Shown here piece by piece: positions 13,401 through 27,400 of a stretch of 64,000 nt of DNA; positions within the stretch are counted from its first letter, which is position 1; the number at the start of each line of letters is the position of its first letter. The notes below the pieces were generated by a model. That model had not been told where the DNA came from and made no database searches. It worked only from the letters and a program-made list of their open reading frames with translations. The stretch comes from Ophelia neglecta (Eukaryota): contig OZ260661.1 of the NCBI GenBank assembly GCA_965285935.1, forward strand, positions 34,720,001-34,784,000, in the 5' to 3' direction. Both the position numbers and the translations under genes were made by a program.

Positions 13401-16400
13401 ATAAACAGTATCAGATTATTTGGATGAACCACCGAGGACTCCCGAAAGGTCTTTACTGTTGTTTCCACTTCATTACTTAACTAATTTTATATTACTTTCT
13501 TTGCGAATGGAATGACATCGCTTCATTTTTGTCGTAATGCTTTCAAGAAGTGTTAAGAACCAAGAGACTAATACAACCAGATTACAATTACAGATCCATG
13601 CCCAGCAATACCGGTATGCATTCCCCAATATGAGTTACTACAGTCATGCAACATAAAACCAATCGTTACTGGTGACGATTCATGGAATGTCACCAGGATT
13701 GCAGCTAATGAGCATTGCCAATGAATTTATTACAAGGGCAATACCAGAAAAGAGTGCTCTACTTTTGAGAGATGTTTATGTAATTTAGGCGGCAGCACAT
13801 AAAACTTTAACCACCCCCGATTAACTCCAAAGGCACAGGAGTATTGTTAATAAATTAAACTTTTAAACTAATCTTCACCTTAAAAGAATCATTTCGATGT
13901 GTCATAAACACATGGGATAGAGAAGGATAGGAATAAAAAAAAGCCATGCCGCTTTTATATAGAAAAATAATTATATGGAGTTATCATTTGAGATGCAAAA
14001 TTTTAGCTGAAGGGGTCAACAGATGGTGTTTGCGATCAAAATAATTCAAAATATGTTTGGATATATAAGGGTGACTGCCACAAATAAAAGGGCTCTATCA
14101 AGATATATAATTCGTGCCCCTGAGGTAAGAGATCCGTTCAAGATGAAGGTATTGACGCTAGAAATACAATCCTAGTGCAATCGTCCAAGTGGCACCTGAC
14201 CAAAACCAAACTTAACCTTGAGGCATGAGGCCATGCACGAATTGGAGATTATTATTTTAATGTATCCACGAGAGATTGCATGATTGCGGCTCTTGTTTAC
14301 AGCATTGCACGATGTGAAACCGCCCCGCTTGCGAAGTGAACGCTAATAGGCAGCGTATTTTAGTGAGAAGCCATGCACGGTTGTTGAACCAGAACTACAT
14401 AAACTTTTTCTCGTGACATTTACTTATGACATGTTGAGTTTTGACCTATGGAACATACCTTCTAATCCTGGTAACGTGCCAACTGACAGTTATATGTTGT
14501 GCTCTGTTTCACAATAATGAAAACTGTTGATCTTTTATTGACCTTTTATACCCCGGTTTTACTTAATCAGGTACTACAGGCGTAGGTACCTAAAAAATCA
14601 AAAGTTATTTATATGTATATATGATTGTAAAAAAATTAAGCCAAAAAGAAATAATTTGGATACAACTAGGAATTGGAGGTAGTCTACTATTATTAATAAG
14701 GTAGGCCAAATCTTGAAAGATGCGGCTCGAGTCTGTGGTTGGTGGCATTAAATCGCATATGGCATTGGCACTAGTCACCGAACGTGCAACAAGACACAGT
14801 CACAACCTGATTTTACACTACACGGTTTAAATAAAAGCTGTGCGGGCAAACTACATATGTAGACTCGAGTCTTCGTTCATGGCAGAGGTTAGGTGCGTCT
14901 ATAATATATGATAGTATGGGCTAAACTAATTATAGCTAAACCAGGCAATTTCCTTAAAATCTAGACAATAGTTGTAGGAGCAATATTTCCCATTGTTCGC
15001 TCTGACAATTGTCAAGGTTAAACCTTGCTTCGAATAGGAACCTTTCGACCTCTTTTGTATGACTGCCCTCAGTTAAGTTTTCTATTATCCATATTGGTTC
15101 GCAACAACATTGTACATATTTTCTCGCGTCTTTTAATTAAAAGACAACAACAGTGCATTGTAATTGCAAATGAGAAGAAAATAAAGGATGGACATTAACA
15201 ATTTCAAGAACGAAATACACAATGCAACACAAGCATTCAGTCTCAATGGAATTAAAGTTCATTAGATTGCCGTAAAATATCAATGTCAAAAAATAGTGTT
15301 TGTTAAAGGATTTGAAACGACGTGTTTAGACAAGGTTATCATCACTAGTTCTCCAAAGCTACAATATACCCTTGAGTAATATTTATCCTATTCCTTTAGT
15401 GTATCCGTTAATACAATAAACCATGACTAATATCAGCCCCAAATTATTTGGCCAAGAAAGAAAAATGTCTTGTAGCATTGAAAAAGGATATCGGACGTTT
15501 TAGCGCAAAGAAACCATTACCATAAGCATATGATACTGGAAAGCAACTCAAGGGAACCACCGGGACATATTTGGCCGTGACAGGAAAGGAGCGGTAAGAT
15601 GTTTAGCGCACATTTGATTCCCGCGTGTATACCGGTACCCGGCTATAACTGAATTGTGTACGAGTAAAATTACTCCCAATGTACACGTTTCCTATTCCTT
15701 GAGGGGGACCCTAACTCAGACAAGTCATTTGGAATATTGGCAATTCGATAAGAAGTACATTAGTCTGTACTATAAGCTGACAATCTGCCACAAGAGGTTT
15801 CTCATACCAAAAACACAATCCTCAAGGAAGTGCAATCAAGATGCGTGTCACTAATTACCCCGATTGCATATTCTACTGATTGTGAGTCGATTTGGATCAA
15901 TATTTACTTACTACAGGAACAGGGAAGACGCTCACTGGAAGCAAACTACCATATTATACATATTCGGCTCGGGACACATAGGCACAGTACTGGGTTAAAC
16001 GAGAATGCCCTCTCTGTCCTCTCTGTTGGATTGGCTTGAAGTCATGAAAACAGATATGGGCAAATGTTTGATAAATTGCGTTACAAGATTGTCCAACCGC
16101 CTGCTCTAGTTCCAGAAGTAAAATTTACTTCTCATTTCTCCATAGACCATTTGCTTTGCTTCAATTAACAAGCAACTAATAATATTCCATTTATATGCAA
16201 AACTTATTATTTCAAAGTTCTGTCTGTAAAAACCCCTTTACTAATAACTAATGCAATAGCATACAATATGTTAGTGGAATTTATTCAATCTTTATAAAAG
16301 GCATAAATACGATTGGCCGCTCCAATAATTGTTCTTATTTGGATAATATCTATATTTGAACATATAGTACTACCATATTAATATTCCATGCGGCAAAGCT

Positions 16401-16442
16401 GGCACTTTGAAGTTTCTGACACCAGTCGCCCATCAGACAATG

Positions 16443-18115
16443 ACAGTCAGTAGTACCGCAAAACCCAAATGAGATAATTCACTATTTATGTTTCTACAAA
16501 ATACCAACCTTGACGTCATCCCTGATAACCTTGATCTATGTATTTGTGATCAATGACTGGAAATATCACATGGAAATGTGCACAGAGGAAAGTTGTTCAA
16601 GGTTCACCCTACCAAAACAAATTGCTGCTGACTATTAACACTTACAAAGAAAAAATCCAATATACATTACCTATTCGACAGACGCGAGTACTCCAATCAT
16701 ATTATAACATTATAACAGAAGAACGCATTCTACACGCGAGCATGCATTTTTGTTACAGGTTATGTGTCCAAATACGATGGTACCATCGAAATTACTATTT
16801 GTGTGGCTAAGTTGAACGAGAACTAACACCAATTGCACGAGTAACGTCAGATGTCCGTATAAATACCACTGACATAAATTGTGAAAGATTGGTTGACTAA
16901 TTCAAAATTCTGTAAAGTTGCGAATAACATTTGGAAAAAGTGGATTGGATACCCGGCAAAAAAATGTGAAATCGATTTCATGTCATTAAATCTGTACGAA
17001 ATCAACCGGAATTGTGTGCTGAAGTATCAAATTTTTAAACATGATACTTTAACTGTTACAAACTTGCAACAAAAATAATAGATAAAGATGATGTTCCGAT
17101 GGCCCCGTTGGCTTATATGAACCGTTGGTCCTATCGAAATTCATTGAATAATTAATGGATACAAGTGGGCAGTATTGGATCAATCCCCCATGACAATCCA
17201 CATGCAACTCATAATGAAACGACTGTAATAATAGAAACTTGCTATAAGCAGTAGCCAAAATTTCACGTTGTGAGTAAAGAACAAATCAAAAGACTGAGTG
17301 GACTGCAGCCATGAAGTAAGCTCCAGGAGGGCCTATAATTGACTACATAGTAGTCTCATAATTGTGAGATGGATTGATTAAGATACAACACTAATGAAGG
17401 GGGTTATGTGTCCTGCGTACTAAATGGAAACTGATATATTATCTCCCCATTAAGGACAAAATCCTTCCAAAAATTAAGAACCATTTTGTTGTTCAATATG
17501 CAATCGTTAGACGGCATCTTATAAAACTATAAACTGTATTTCCTATATAATGTCTCTCGCAGATTTACAACTGTATTTGCATGGTTAACAAGCAATTGCC
17601 AGGTTATTTACCCATTCCTCATTTCCTTGTTTCATAGTATAATTCAACTAAAGCACTGTGTCAGGCAGGACCACCTGTGAAGCTGTGAATATGCAACATT
17701 GCTTTTCAAGTGTCGAGCAGTGAGTCAGACACCACATATGAACAGAACATAATTTAACCTATCTTAAAGAAACGATTGTACACCAATGCAACTATAATCA
17801 AATTAGAAGTTCATAAATGTGCTTCGGGAGCATTTCGGTATTTATCACTACTCGACTGAAGCGACACAATTACAATTCTAGATTGACGAAGCATCAGAAG
17901 CACTGCAATTAGATGCAGCTGCTGCTTTTAGTGAGGTGTGAATCAACAGTGCATTGACCTAACAACTGCCCTTTCTGCACACTTCCATGTGATATTTCCA
18001 GTCATTGATCACAACTACATAGTTCAAGGTAATCAGGGATGACGTCAAGGTTGGTATTTTGTAATAACATAAATAGTGAATTATCTGATTTGGTTATTGC
18101 GGTATTACTGACTGT
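16443..18115. repeat. Long inverted repeat; arms about 16443-16606 and 17955-18115
   Basis: AAAATACCAACCTTGACGTCATCCCTGAT and TGTGATCAATGACTGGAAATATCACATGGAA on the left have exact reverse complements on the right. Confidence 0.9.
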
Positions 18116-18499
18116 TTTTCTCTGACTTGGAAAGGTTTTCTCTTTTCAAGCTCAATAACACTCAGCTCGCTAAAGGTTAGTAAGGACAAGCTAATGCACC
18201 AGGTACAACCCTGAGTATCATAATGCATAAAAAAAAAGTCCATTATCAGTGATTATGGTGCATTTAGGTCAGTAATTTATTCAGTCTTTGCTTCGCTGTT
18301 GGCCAAATCAACTTCAATGTGTTGAAAACGGTTTTCATGATTTTGGTGGAAACACCTAGTCAATTACATGGTATTTCTAGCATTTATGGCCATTAATAGC
18401 GTTGGTTCCATGTAAATTCTAGCTGGCTTTTCAGCGGTTTAATGCTGTAGCTCCGGCAACCTTGGGAATAACCAGTTAGAAAAGTATCCTAGGAACTTT

Positions 18500-18720
18500 C
18501 TCTTTGATGTAATCATTGAACAAATCTCATTCGTAAGTCCTAAATGTCATGACGCATGACAGCATTGACACTATTTTGGGCATCTCCAGCAATTCTTTCC
18601 AGTAGAGGAAGACTCTATTAGTTGGTAAACATCCCAATTCAACTTTAACCAGAAACTAATACCTCGATCGGGCATGCCCCATACCAAGCACCTGGGTTTT
18701 TAGGATCCCAGCATAGCGGA
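18500..18720 (-). mobile_element. Possible decayed LINE ORF2 C-terminal remnant
   Basis: VKVELGCLPTNRVFLYWKELLEMPK resembles the post-RT V.GELG..PL...R.IKYW.KLL.MP motif of non-LTR elements; single motif only. Confidence 0.3.
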
Positions 18721-21700
18721 AGCACGAAGCTTTTGTATAAGAAAATTGTGCCTTTTACGCACCACGTAGGCAGGGGATTATTCCATTTGCATAAGAATAT
18801 TTCATATTTAACAATAGGAATATGGGGAGACCGTGGAGGGGTGAGGTATGAATGGAATTGGAGAGGGGGGAGGTCACCAGCATTCTCGTTGATGAACTGG
18901 CTGTTAATTCCGTCTAGTTATCGTTTTCTGGCTTCATCACTCAATCCGCACATGACAGTAGGCAGAATTGTTGTTTGTAAAAAAGAGCTTGTTCCTGTAT
19001 TTATTATTCGCAACAACACGTGTCCATATTGCTTTGCGACAAGAGGGGAGCAGTGCTAACACCCTGGGCATGACCGCCGCTGTCGAGCTCAATTGTTCTT
19101 TTTCCAAGGAAACACGAATATACAGCCCCTGCACATGCAATCTCCGACAGCTAACACAATAAAATGAATAGGTAGCGATGCAACCATGTGAAGAGCACTC
19201 TGATGCCGTAGGCAAATAATGTTCGCTAGTTATTGATTGTGAAATCCGAAAGTTTGTTTCTTCGACCGTGCAGATTGCCGTTCGTTTCATTGTTAATTGT
19301 TTGCAAAAGAAGCATCGCCTATATCTTTGTTGAAATTATATTTAGCAGATGTCTAATGGTACATTCCCAATAAATATGGTTCCTTCGTTTAAACGTGCTA
19401 CCAACTCCCGCGTTCATGAGAGCTCTGAAGTCTAACTAATCATCAGACAGAGCGCATATTCTGGTATTTTCATGTTATAAATTTCGATTTATCTCCTGAC
19501 TATCGAAAACCGAAGGTAGTAATATATCTTACAAGCAAGCCATGCATTAGTACTGCTATGATAACATAAATTCTGATCAAGGTTGATGTCAGATGATGAA
19601 ATATTTCATTACTCAGTCCAAACCCCGTCTTAATGGTTGTTTAATACAAACGGAAGTGCCAACAGAAAGCATGGTGATGCTGAATACAACCCAAATGCAC
19701 TCGCTTCACAGACTTCCACATTTGTTTATTAACTTTCCATAATATAAATCAATAAAGTGTGATTTTTGCATGACAAAACACAGGGTTCGTGATATTGAAT
19801 TTTCCTACTTCTTAAACCACACCGGGCGTGCACGTTGATATAAAAAAGCCATCTATCAGACGACACTGCAACAGCCAAGCCTATCACGTGATCAATGGTT
19901 CCTGGATCTTTCTTTCTCGAAGTTATGGGCATGTGATGGACGATCGTTCTCAGGCCGCGAATCCTCTCCATGAATTATTTAATATACTTCAGTAGAAAAA
20001 CAGGTAAGCCGTACAGTACATATTTGCAAACGGGGCAATGGTAATATGATCATTAACTACTTGGCCAGTGCACTATAGAGTGTGTGTTCTCCCTATTTGT
20101 ATAAGGCTCATTGCTACCACTGAGCAATGCTATGAATTCTCTAGAACTATAATTGAATTCCGGGCATTGTAAACTTTGACCTACGCAATCGACCAAGATA
20201 ATCAGCGTATCTGGATCAAAGGAAAGCTACCGATTTTGTCTAACAACAACATTTCAACAAACCGTACACTCGTTTTATCTGTGTAACTCTAAGCTGGCGT
20301 GCTTTAAATCGGTGTTCAAACCGTTTTGTATCAAAATATTTGCATTTTTTGCCTTATCAAAGTTTATTCGCCCCCTAATTTTGTTGAAACCTGGAAACAT
20401 GCCAGCAGAACAAAATGGCCTAACGGAGAGCGATAAATAGTCAGACAGGTTAGGGCACTCCAGGTAGTGCATTTATCTGATTATATGGTTATGAAAATAT
20501 TTGACATCTGAATACCATCTGTTGTAGTTTTTGGTAAATGTAAAACCAGACAATTTCATAGTAGTTTTCATATAGTTATAGAAAGACTTCAGGTATCAGG
20601 TATCATAGCCTACCATGTGAATTCAGACAAAGAGCCTAGTGGTTAGTGCCGTACTTATCAGAATATTACAAACTCTATTTCTACCGAGAGATATAAGAGC
20701 ATCTTATCTTATTTTTATTTTCCAACAAACCCTGAAAGGAAAGTAATACTGCTAGAGGTTTGAAGGTGGTTTCTCTGCCTAAATCAAATACTAATTTGAA
20801 AATTTCCAGCATCGCAGTTATAAAACGGCTTAATCCAAATTAGTATCAATTTTACCAAACGAATTAAACGAATCGCAAATTAAGCTGTGGAAGGACGGGC
20901 AACATTGCAAATTAACGGAACGTAGAGATTACCTTAAATCATATAAATAAGAGATGTTTTTTTCCGAGACCAAATCCATTCTAAAACCTTTAGTTTTCTC
21001 CGAATGTATACGAACATTGCTATAAACCCCCATAATCCATCTTGAGGAGGTTTTGGTTAGGGATAAGTTGTGGTATTAATCACCGAGCGTATACGCCTCA
21101 ATGCACTGCCAGCAAATGCTCGCACCCGCAAAATAGTTCAGTTCGACGAAGTCAATAGGCAGCATTAAAAGTATGTCCAAGGTATTGAGTTATTGATAAA
21201 CACGTATGTTTTCTTTGTTAAGAAATATTTACTGGTGTCACCAGTGAATAATATTAATTAGAATGATTTCATGTTGCGAAAGCAAGTTCATAATGTGGGG
21301 TTTGTGAGGAAGGGGAGGGGGGGGGGGGGGGGGCACAACGAAGCCATCCAAAGTGCGGGATATCAAAGCAGTCATTGACCTAACGAATGATTGTCAATCG
21401 CGGATGTTAGAACGGCCAAAGTGTTTGAGTGATTCCATACACTTTGGCCGACCACCAAATATGATCAGGAAATCTAATGTCCAGTCTGTGCCCAAATTGG
21501 GGTGAAGGAAGCAACGCTTATCACATCATTGTGTCCAACTTCCCACGCCCACTGGCAATTAAATTGACCTCGCCGAGGTTATCAGTGAATTTTTCCTCTC
21601 CAGCTTAGAATGCATGAACCAAAGAGTGCTATTTCATATTAATGCATGAATTGATAGATGACAAAAAATTTAGCATGAACTGCAACAAAAATGTGGGTAA

Positions 21701-24184
21701 AGGTAAAATAAGCTGACAATTGGGAGACAGAAGAAGCTGGTGAAGAAAAAGAGTTAGTAATATGATTTTTAATAGATTAGTGAATAGATAAATGTGTGTT
21801 ATCGAATTTTATGTTCAATGTTTGGTTCTGTTTTTCGAGATAAAATCAATGTTCGATTTGCAGATTCAGTGAATAGTGAGTGAACTATGTTTGCGCCAGT
21901 GGTGGTTTCCTTATTACATTCACTTACCTTCTACTTTCATTGACACAAATGCTGACTTCGGTATGCAGCAATTTTAGCCTGGCCTTTTTGTTCGATATTT
22001 GATTTGTCTCAGTGGGAAGTGATCTTATTTGGGTTCCATAAAAGCACCATGCCAGGATCTGCTTTTAGCAGCGCAAATTGAGTCGAGATAACTTAATTTG
22101 ACAGCCCTGGTATTCAGTTCAGAATCTCATACTACATTCAGCAGTTTAAATGCCGCCGGTGTAACCTTGATTGAACGTTTTTGTCTGGATGGATAATTAT
22201 CGGTTCGCTTCAACTGCAATATTATCCCCAAAGTGAAAATGGACACCGAGTTTAATGGAAGGATAATCATTAAGGGGCTAAAGACCAGACGACTATTTCG
22301 AACAGCAACTGAAAATGTTCCTGTGTTTTTTGAATTTCTGACGCTTGAGTTTGATTCAGTGCTAGTTTACAATTAACCAAGAGCCTACCTACGAGCTTTA
22401 CACTGTAACTTTACTTCATTCACAGGAAGCCAATCATTTAACGTATAACAAGTTTAGGTTTGTAAATCGGTAAAGCGTAACTGCCCACCTTGATGATTGG
22501 TTTTTACGCTGCGCGGTCTTTGATGTCCGCGTCCCACTGCTGTTATGGTAAAATATAACTTATATATACACCTTGAATGAGACACGGGCCATAATTTGCT
22601 AATACCTAGAAAGCTGAAATCGATTACAACGTTATGAACCCCGACTTTTTTCTAATTTGGCAGCAACATGTATGATCCCAGTTGTAAACTTTAAAAGTGT
22701 CGCCACACTCACTGATGGCTAAGTAAGTAATCATCACTACTACCAATTAATTGACTGCACGGAAAGACAAGGGTGAGCAGCAGTATGGGGGTTGAGCATA
22801 AAAAAGGGGCTATAGGGCAAGTACAAAAAATAATGCGGAGGGCAGGAGGGGATCGGTAGAAAGGTGGAACAATTTGATATTAAATGAAATTAGGCTGGGC
22901 GAAGAATGGAGGGAAGACAATGTAATGGTAGTTCGGAGAATTGAAAATAACGAGTTTGCGGTATTATATAAGGCACGTTTGCAGGTAGGGGGGTAGATAT
23001 GGTCATTTCAAAAATCAGGGAATAGAGGGGGGTACGAACGAAGCAGTTTTAAGTTGGAAAAGGAAGCTAAAAATAGAAAGGCTGCCAATATTCTTCGATT
23101 TAAGTGTATATCAGGCATATGAAAAAGCAAATAGTGCCTGCCAAATAACTTTGGGTCCAAAGTATATGCTCCAACTATCAATATTCATGAAAGTTGGAAC
23201 ATATATACCCTCGTGGCCCATAATTTCCCATGATTCCCTCTATGACAGGTACTATTCACTTTAAATCCGTTGCATGATAACCAATTCCGCACAAATCAAT
23301 ACAAGCATTAAATAATTTAAATTATTGGCTTCATTAGTCTTAATTAACATTCCTGCACATCAAAATATCACTGCACTTTACTGCAAATTCTGTGAAATGT
23401 AAACCATTGTCGGTAACAACACACTGCATCCTGCGGCGAAATCCAATAAATAAGAAATGGAAAAGAAAAAATAATAAACACCAATCTTAATTATTTGGTT
23501 ACCCCATCCGTCTCGAAATGCAAAAATATTACGTATTGGCTTTTATTTCATTTTACCTCCATGCTCGCAATATAGTCAATGCGATTTTTTGTTAGTTCTA
23601 GATTGTATCCTCGGGCATAATTCATCTGTTGTATCATTTCACCCGTGCTGGGCATTGCTCCTTAACCCCGCTGATACCATAACTCAACGACAGGGCATGA
23701 TACGTCGAGTCATAGACTCTTCTTTGTGGAGTTGAAAAAACCATAAATCGATGATATAAGTATTAATTATATTGCAACGTGACACTTTCATAGATTCTTA
23801 GTAAAATCTATTGATAACAACTCCAGTCTAATACGTTCATTGTGATTGTTATCTCGAAAGAACCAATAAACAATCTATAATAATCTGGAGCTATGAGTTG
23901 TGTGTATTAGGATAATATAATTTGGTAGATGTCATCATTATAGTTTATTTGGCCTGAAATAACTCTGGAAATGCATAAACTTTTTATAAAATGAAATATC
24001 AAGTAGGAGAGAGAAACAATAAAACAATCCATAAATTGTTGTTAGTGGTTAAATGGAGGTTAGCAAAATCCGAAGTCACTAGATTTTCGGATGAGTAGTC
24101 ATGATCATAAATAAGGCATATTCAATATCGATGCACTCGATATTCACTGTTTTGAACGGAAACCGATTCGTTTAAGCATGAAAG

Positions 24185-24410
24185 CGTGACCGAGTGGTTA
24201 GGTAGTCCGCATTGTAAGTGGTAGATCGGGGTTTAAATCTCGACGTGAAAATAGACACAGATGGCTCCCCTGCCAGGCGCCCGGTATTTCGGGGGTAGTA
24301 TCGGGACTGATCAACCCGGTGTCAGTATAATATTCCTGGGTGGGGTTCCCTTTCTGGGGTCTACGACAGGCACTTCAGTGAGGCAGCATTGGCACCCCAT
24401 GTATGAGAGG
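24185..24410 (+). mobile_element. tRNA-derived SINE, MetaSINE-like, decayed
   Basis: A-box-like TGACCGAGTGG (24187) and B-box-like GGTTTAAATCT (24230), followed by CTCCCCTGCCAGGCGC...CCGGTGTCAGTATAAT...GGGTGGGG...CTTCAGTGAGGCAGCA, which resembles the Meta central domain as I recall it; not database-checked. Confidence 0.7.
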
Positions 24411-27400
24411 CATAGTTAGGATAGGGTGTTGGTGGGATGTTACGTTATAATGGGGGAAAGGGGTGTATTGATGATTACCTTTCATTTCAAATAAAGTCCT
24501 GATGAGGACAGTCTTGCCTACCGTAATTTCGATATATGTGCCCGGTATTTGTTTTTTTTAACATTATATTGCTAAAACATGGCGTTCTTTTTCAAGGCCT
24601 ACGGTTAATAGTTAATGTCAATAATATTGAACAAGTTTTTGTTATGTTATTGTTGAAACAGCTAGTATCAACATGTTGGTCTCTTTTTAACATGTAAACC
24701 ATGTCCTATGCCAATATTCATTGATATCAGTATGATTTTATTCATGCGAGGGTCTATAGTACAAAGGGAATAGTTTACACCTGAAGGTTTAAATAACCTT
24801 GTTTCTATCTACTTTCTACTTTGGCCAGTATCCCTCCCCTCAGAACTAAGACATGACAAATTGATATTCTAAACAGTTCCTTCTGCGACCCATATCTGTT
24901 TATTAAGATAGTGCATTTGGCAATCGATAACATGGCGAAGAAATGGTTTAGTTGATGGACCGGACAAAGCATGTACTTTGGCAAAGGGAAGCCTAGAAAA
25001 TAGACCTATGGATCGATACGTTTCATTCAAATCGCAAGTTAAGTATATTTCGATATTGCCACCTAACCGCTTTTTTGTGATCGATTAAATGTTATTCACA
25101 TAGAAGTTAGTATGCATTCGTAATTCTGCACGCTTTGTCATACCTGGAAGAGTCCATTCAAGCAGCGAAATAATATGATAACATCCTTAAATAATATACG
25201 AATGATCCAAATAAGGTCCAATATTGCACAGGTAAACTGTGTTCCGTTGCCTAACACAGTTCATGATTTTAATCCCTTTATGAAGGAACCTTATTATAAG
25301 CATTGCATATCATCAAGGATATTATACTATAAACAAACAAAATGCACACTTACATAATGATTTAATTCAAACATTGTTCTGCATATTTTGCATCATAATT
25401 GACACATATATTTAAAGTATTTGTGGTGAACGATAGAGAAAGGTTCGAACCCCGGGCGATTGTGTTTCAGTTGCCGTCTGACACGAGTCATTATATCAGC
25501 AAAACCAATTTGGAATTGTTTTCTTCATTGATAGACTTGTGGTTTATACAATAATAGAAGCGTATACCTGCATGAGTTAACAACAAAATATTAAAACCAA
25601 ATCCGAATAATCTACTGAATTCCCATTAAAAAAAACAATTATTTAATTCAGCATCTGTAAATTAGAAAAATCCTCAGTGATAACACAAGAAATCAAATAA
25701 TAAAAAAGTGTTGGTTGGAATGTATGAAAAACATGTGTGTCATATACCACTTTGCCAAATAAAATGCATACTATATGTAACAGGTTTACTTGCTTCTCTG
25801 TCAACTCTATAGCCTAGACTAGCATAAAAAAAAACGAGTCCTTCGTTTCATTATTAGCAACACGTCAACTAGCGGAAGTTATCACCAAAGCGTAAGAACA
25901 TATTCGCAAAGCATTCCATCAAGACTGAACTATTAGTGTGTACTTAAAAGGCAGGCTTACACGCATGACACCATTAATGGTGATTTGTGGTGTTTCGGGA
26001 TGGATGAACAGAAGATTGAGTTGGCACATGCACTTTTTCGGCCACTGCTATTGAACTTGAAAAGAACCATTTCATCAACACGTCACTTTTGTGGCGTTCT
26101 ATCGCTTGGTTTCACAAATTGGGTATGAGCCTCGACTAGTCGTTTGCTTCCATTTATGGCATGGTCTTGAATCACTGACTCCAAATATGTGTAGCAATTC
26201 AGAAAACAAACTACGACCATTTTATTGAATGCCACTTGATTCAAGCCCACCGTTTTTCTCTTTCGATTTATCAACAACACAAGTTCCGTAATATAAACAA
26301 TGCACAAGAACCCATATAAAAACCGGTTTATAGCAAGATCTATAAAAGTTACCAACGATCGTTCAGTACTTGCTACGAGAGCTTTACCAGTTTTTAAGGA
26401 ACACTTGGGGAAAATATGGTGCGTTGTGGTCTTCCGTATCTGAAAGAAGCAAAGCTTATTAAGATTCTTAAAAGTAAGGAACTCTTGCAACATTTGGAAG
26501 ATCAATACCTAAGACAGGTGACCTTTTAATATATGGAAGCCCTGAATACCATCCAATAGTCCTCGAAAACAAGAAATACAAGGCAAGCCAGCATTTGCTT
26601 ACAGTTAAGGCAATATTGGCCGAGTTTTGGGCGAATATTGAAAGTATCATATATCGTCTTATTGCAAGTGATATCAATTTTTGTTATGGAATATCTTATA
26701 TTATCACATACTTATTTACTATTAACTAGCTGGCCATTGATTAATTGATGTGTGTGATGCTGTGGCTTCTCGTTCCTGATGATATTGAACTGATTTATTA
26801 GACGATTCTTGATCAATGGGTTGGTTTTGTCTGCCGGGTATCCGTTCCCTCTTTTCCCTATTCGACGGTTGGGTGCAATAATGGCCTATCTTACGTTTTT
26901 TGTCAATTTGCAGGAAAAGCAAAACATATTTCAGGGCGATAAATCTAACTCATGGCCCAAGACCTAGGTATAATTACAAAAAAATGTAACTTAACTGATT
27001 AATGAAATTGAAAACACGCAGTGCGCTTCATTCTGATAAGTATCCAGTGTGTTACAAGATAAGATATTGCATTAATGGTAACCTAAGTGATTCAGATTAT
27101 TTAACACCGACAGTTTTCACCATATAAGAGGAATTTTACACTTTTATGGAACAAAGGTCCAACTCAATGATATAACGTTACTGCATGCTTTTTTTTTAAA
27201 TTTTAATTATAACCTTTTATTTCATAACAAGATAAATTCAAACTGCCATTATGCTCAGGAGCTTCGTTTGTTGAAATTTTGCTCACATCGTTAGTGTACC
27301 GAACCCTCGCATTGTTCTTTCGCTCTGGACAATTTAAGCCAATATACTTAAATGGAAATTGTAATTGCATACCATAACCATCCTCAACAAGTTGGAGGTT

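Noticed and set aside
25435-25470. GGTTCGAACCC B-box
   Set aside because: No A box or cloverleaf nearby; at most an unassignable SINE scrap.
26083-26505. 140-aa ORF (likewise 29123-29503, 49524-49910, 63208-63585 and the other short ORFs)
   Set aside because: No domain motifs or splice-consistent partners; composition typical of random AT-rich ORFs.
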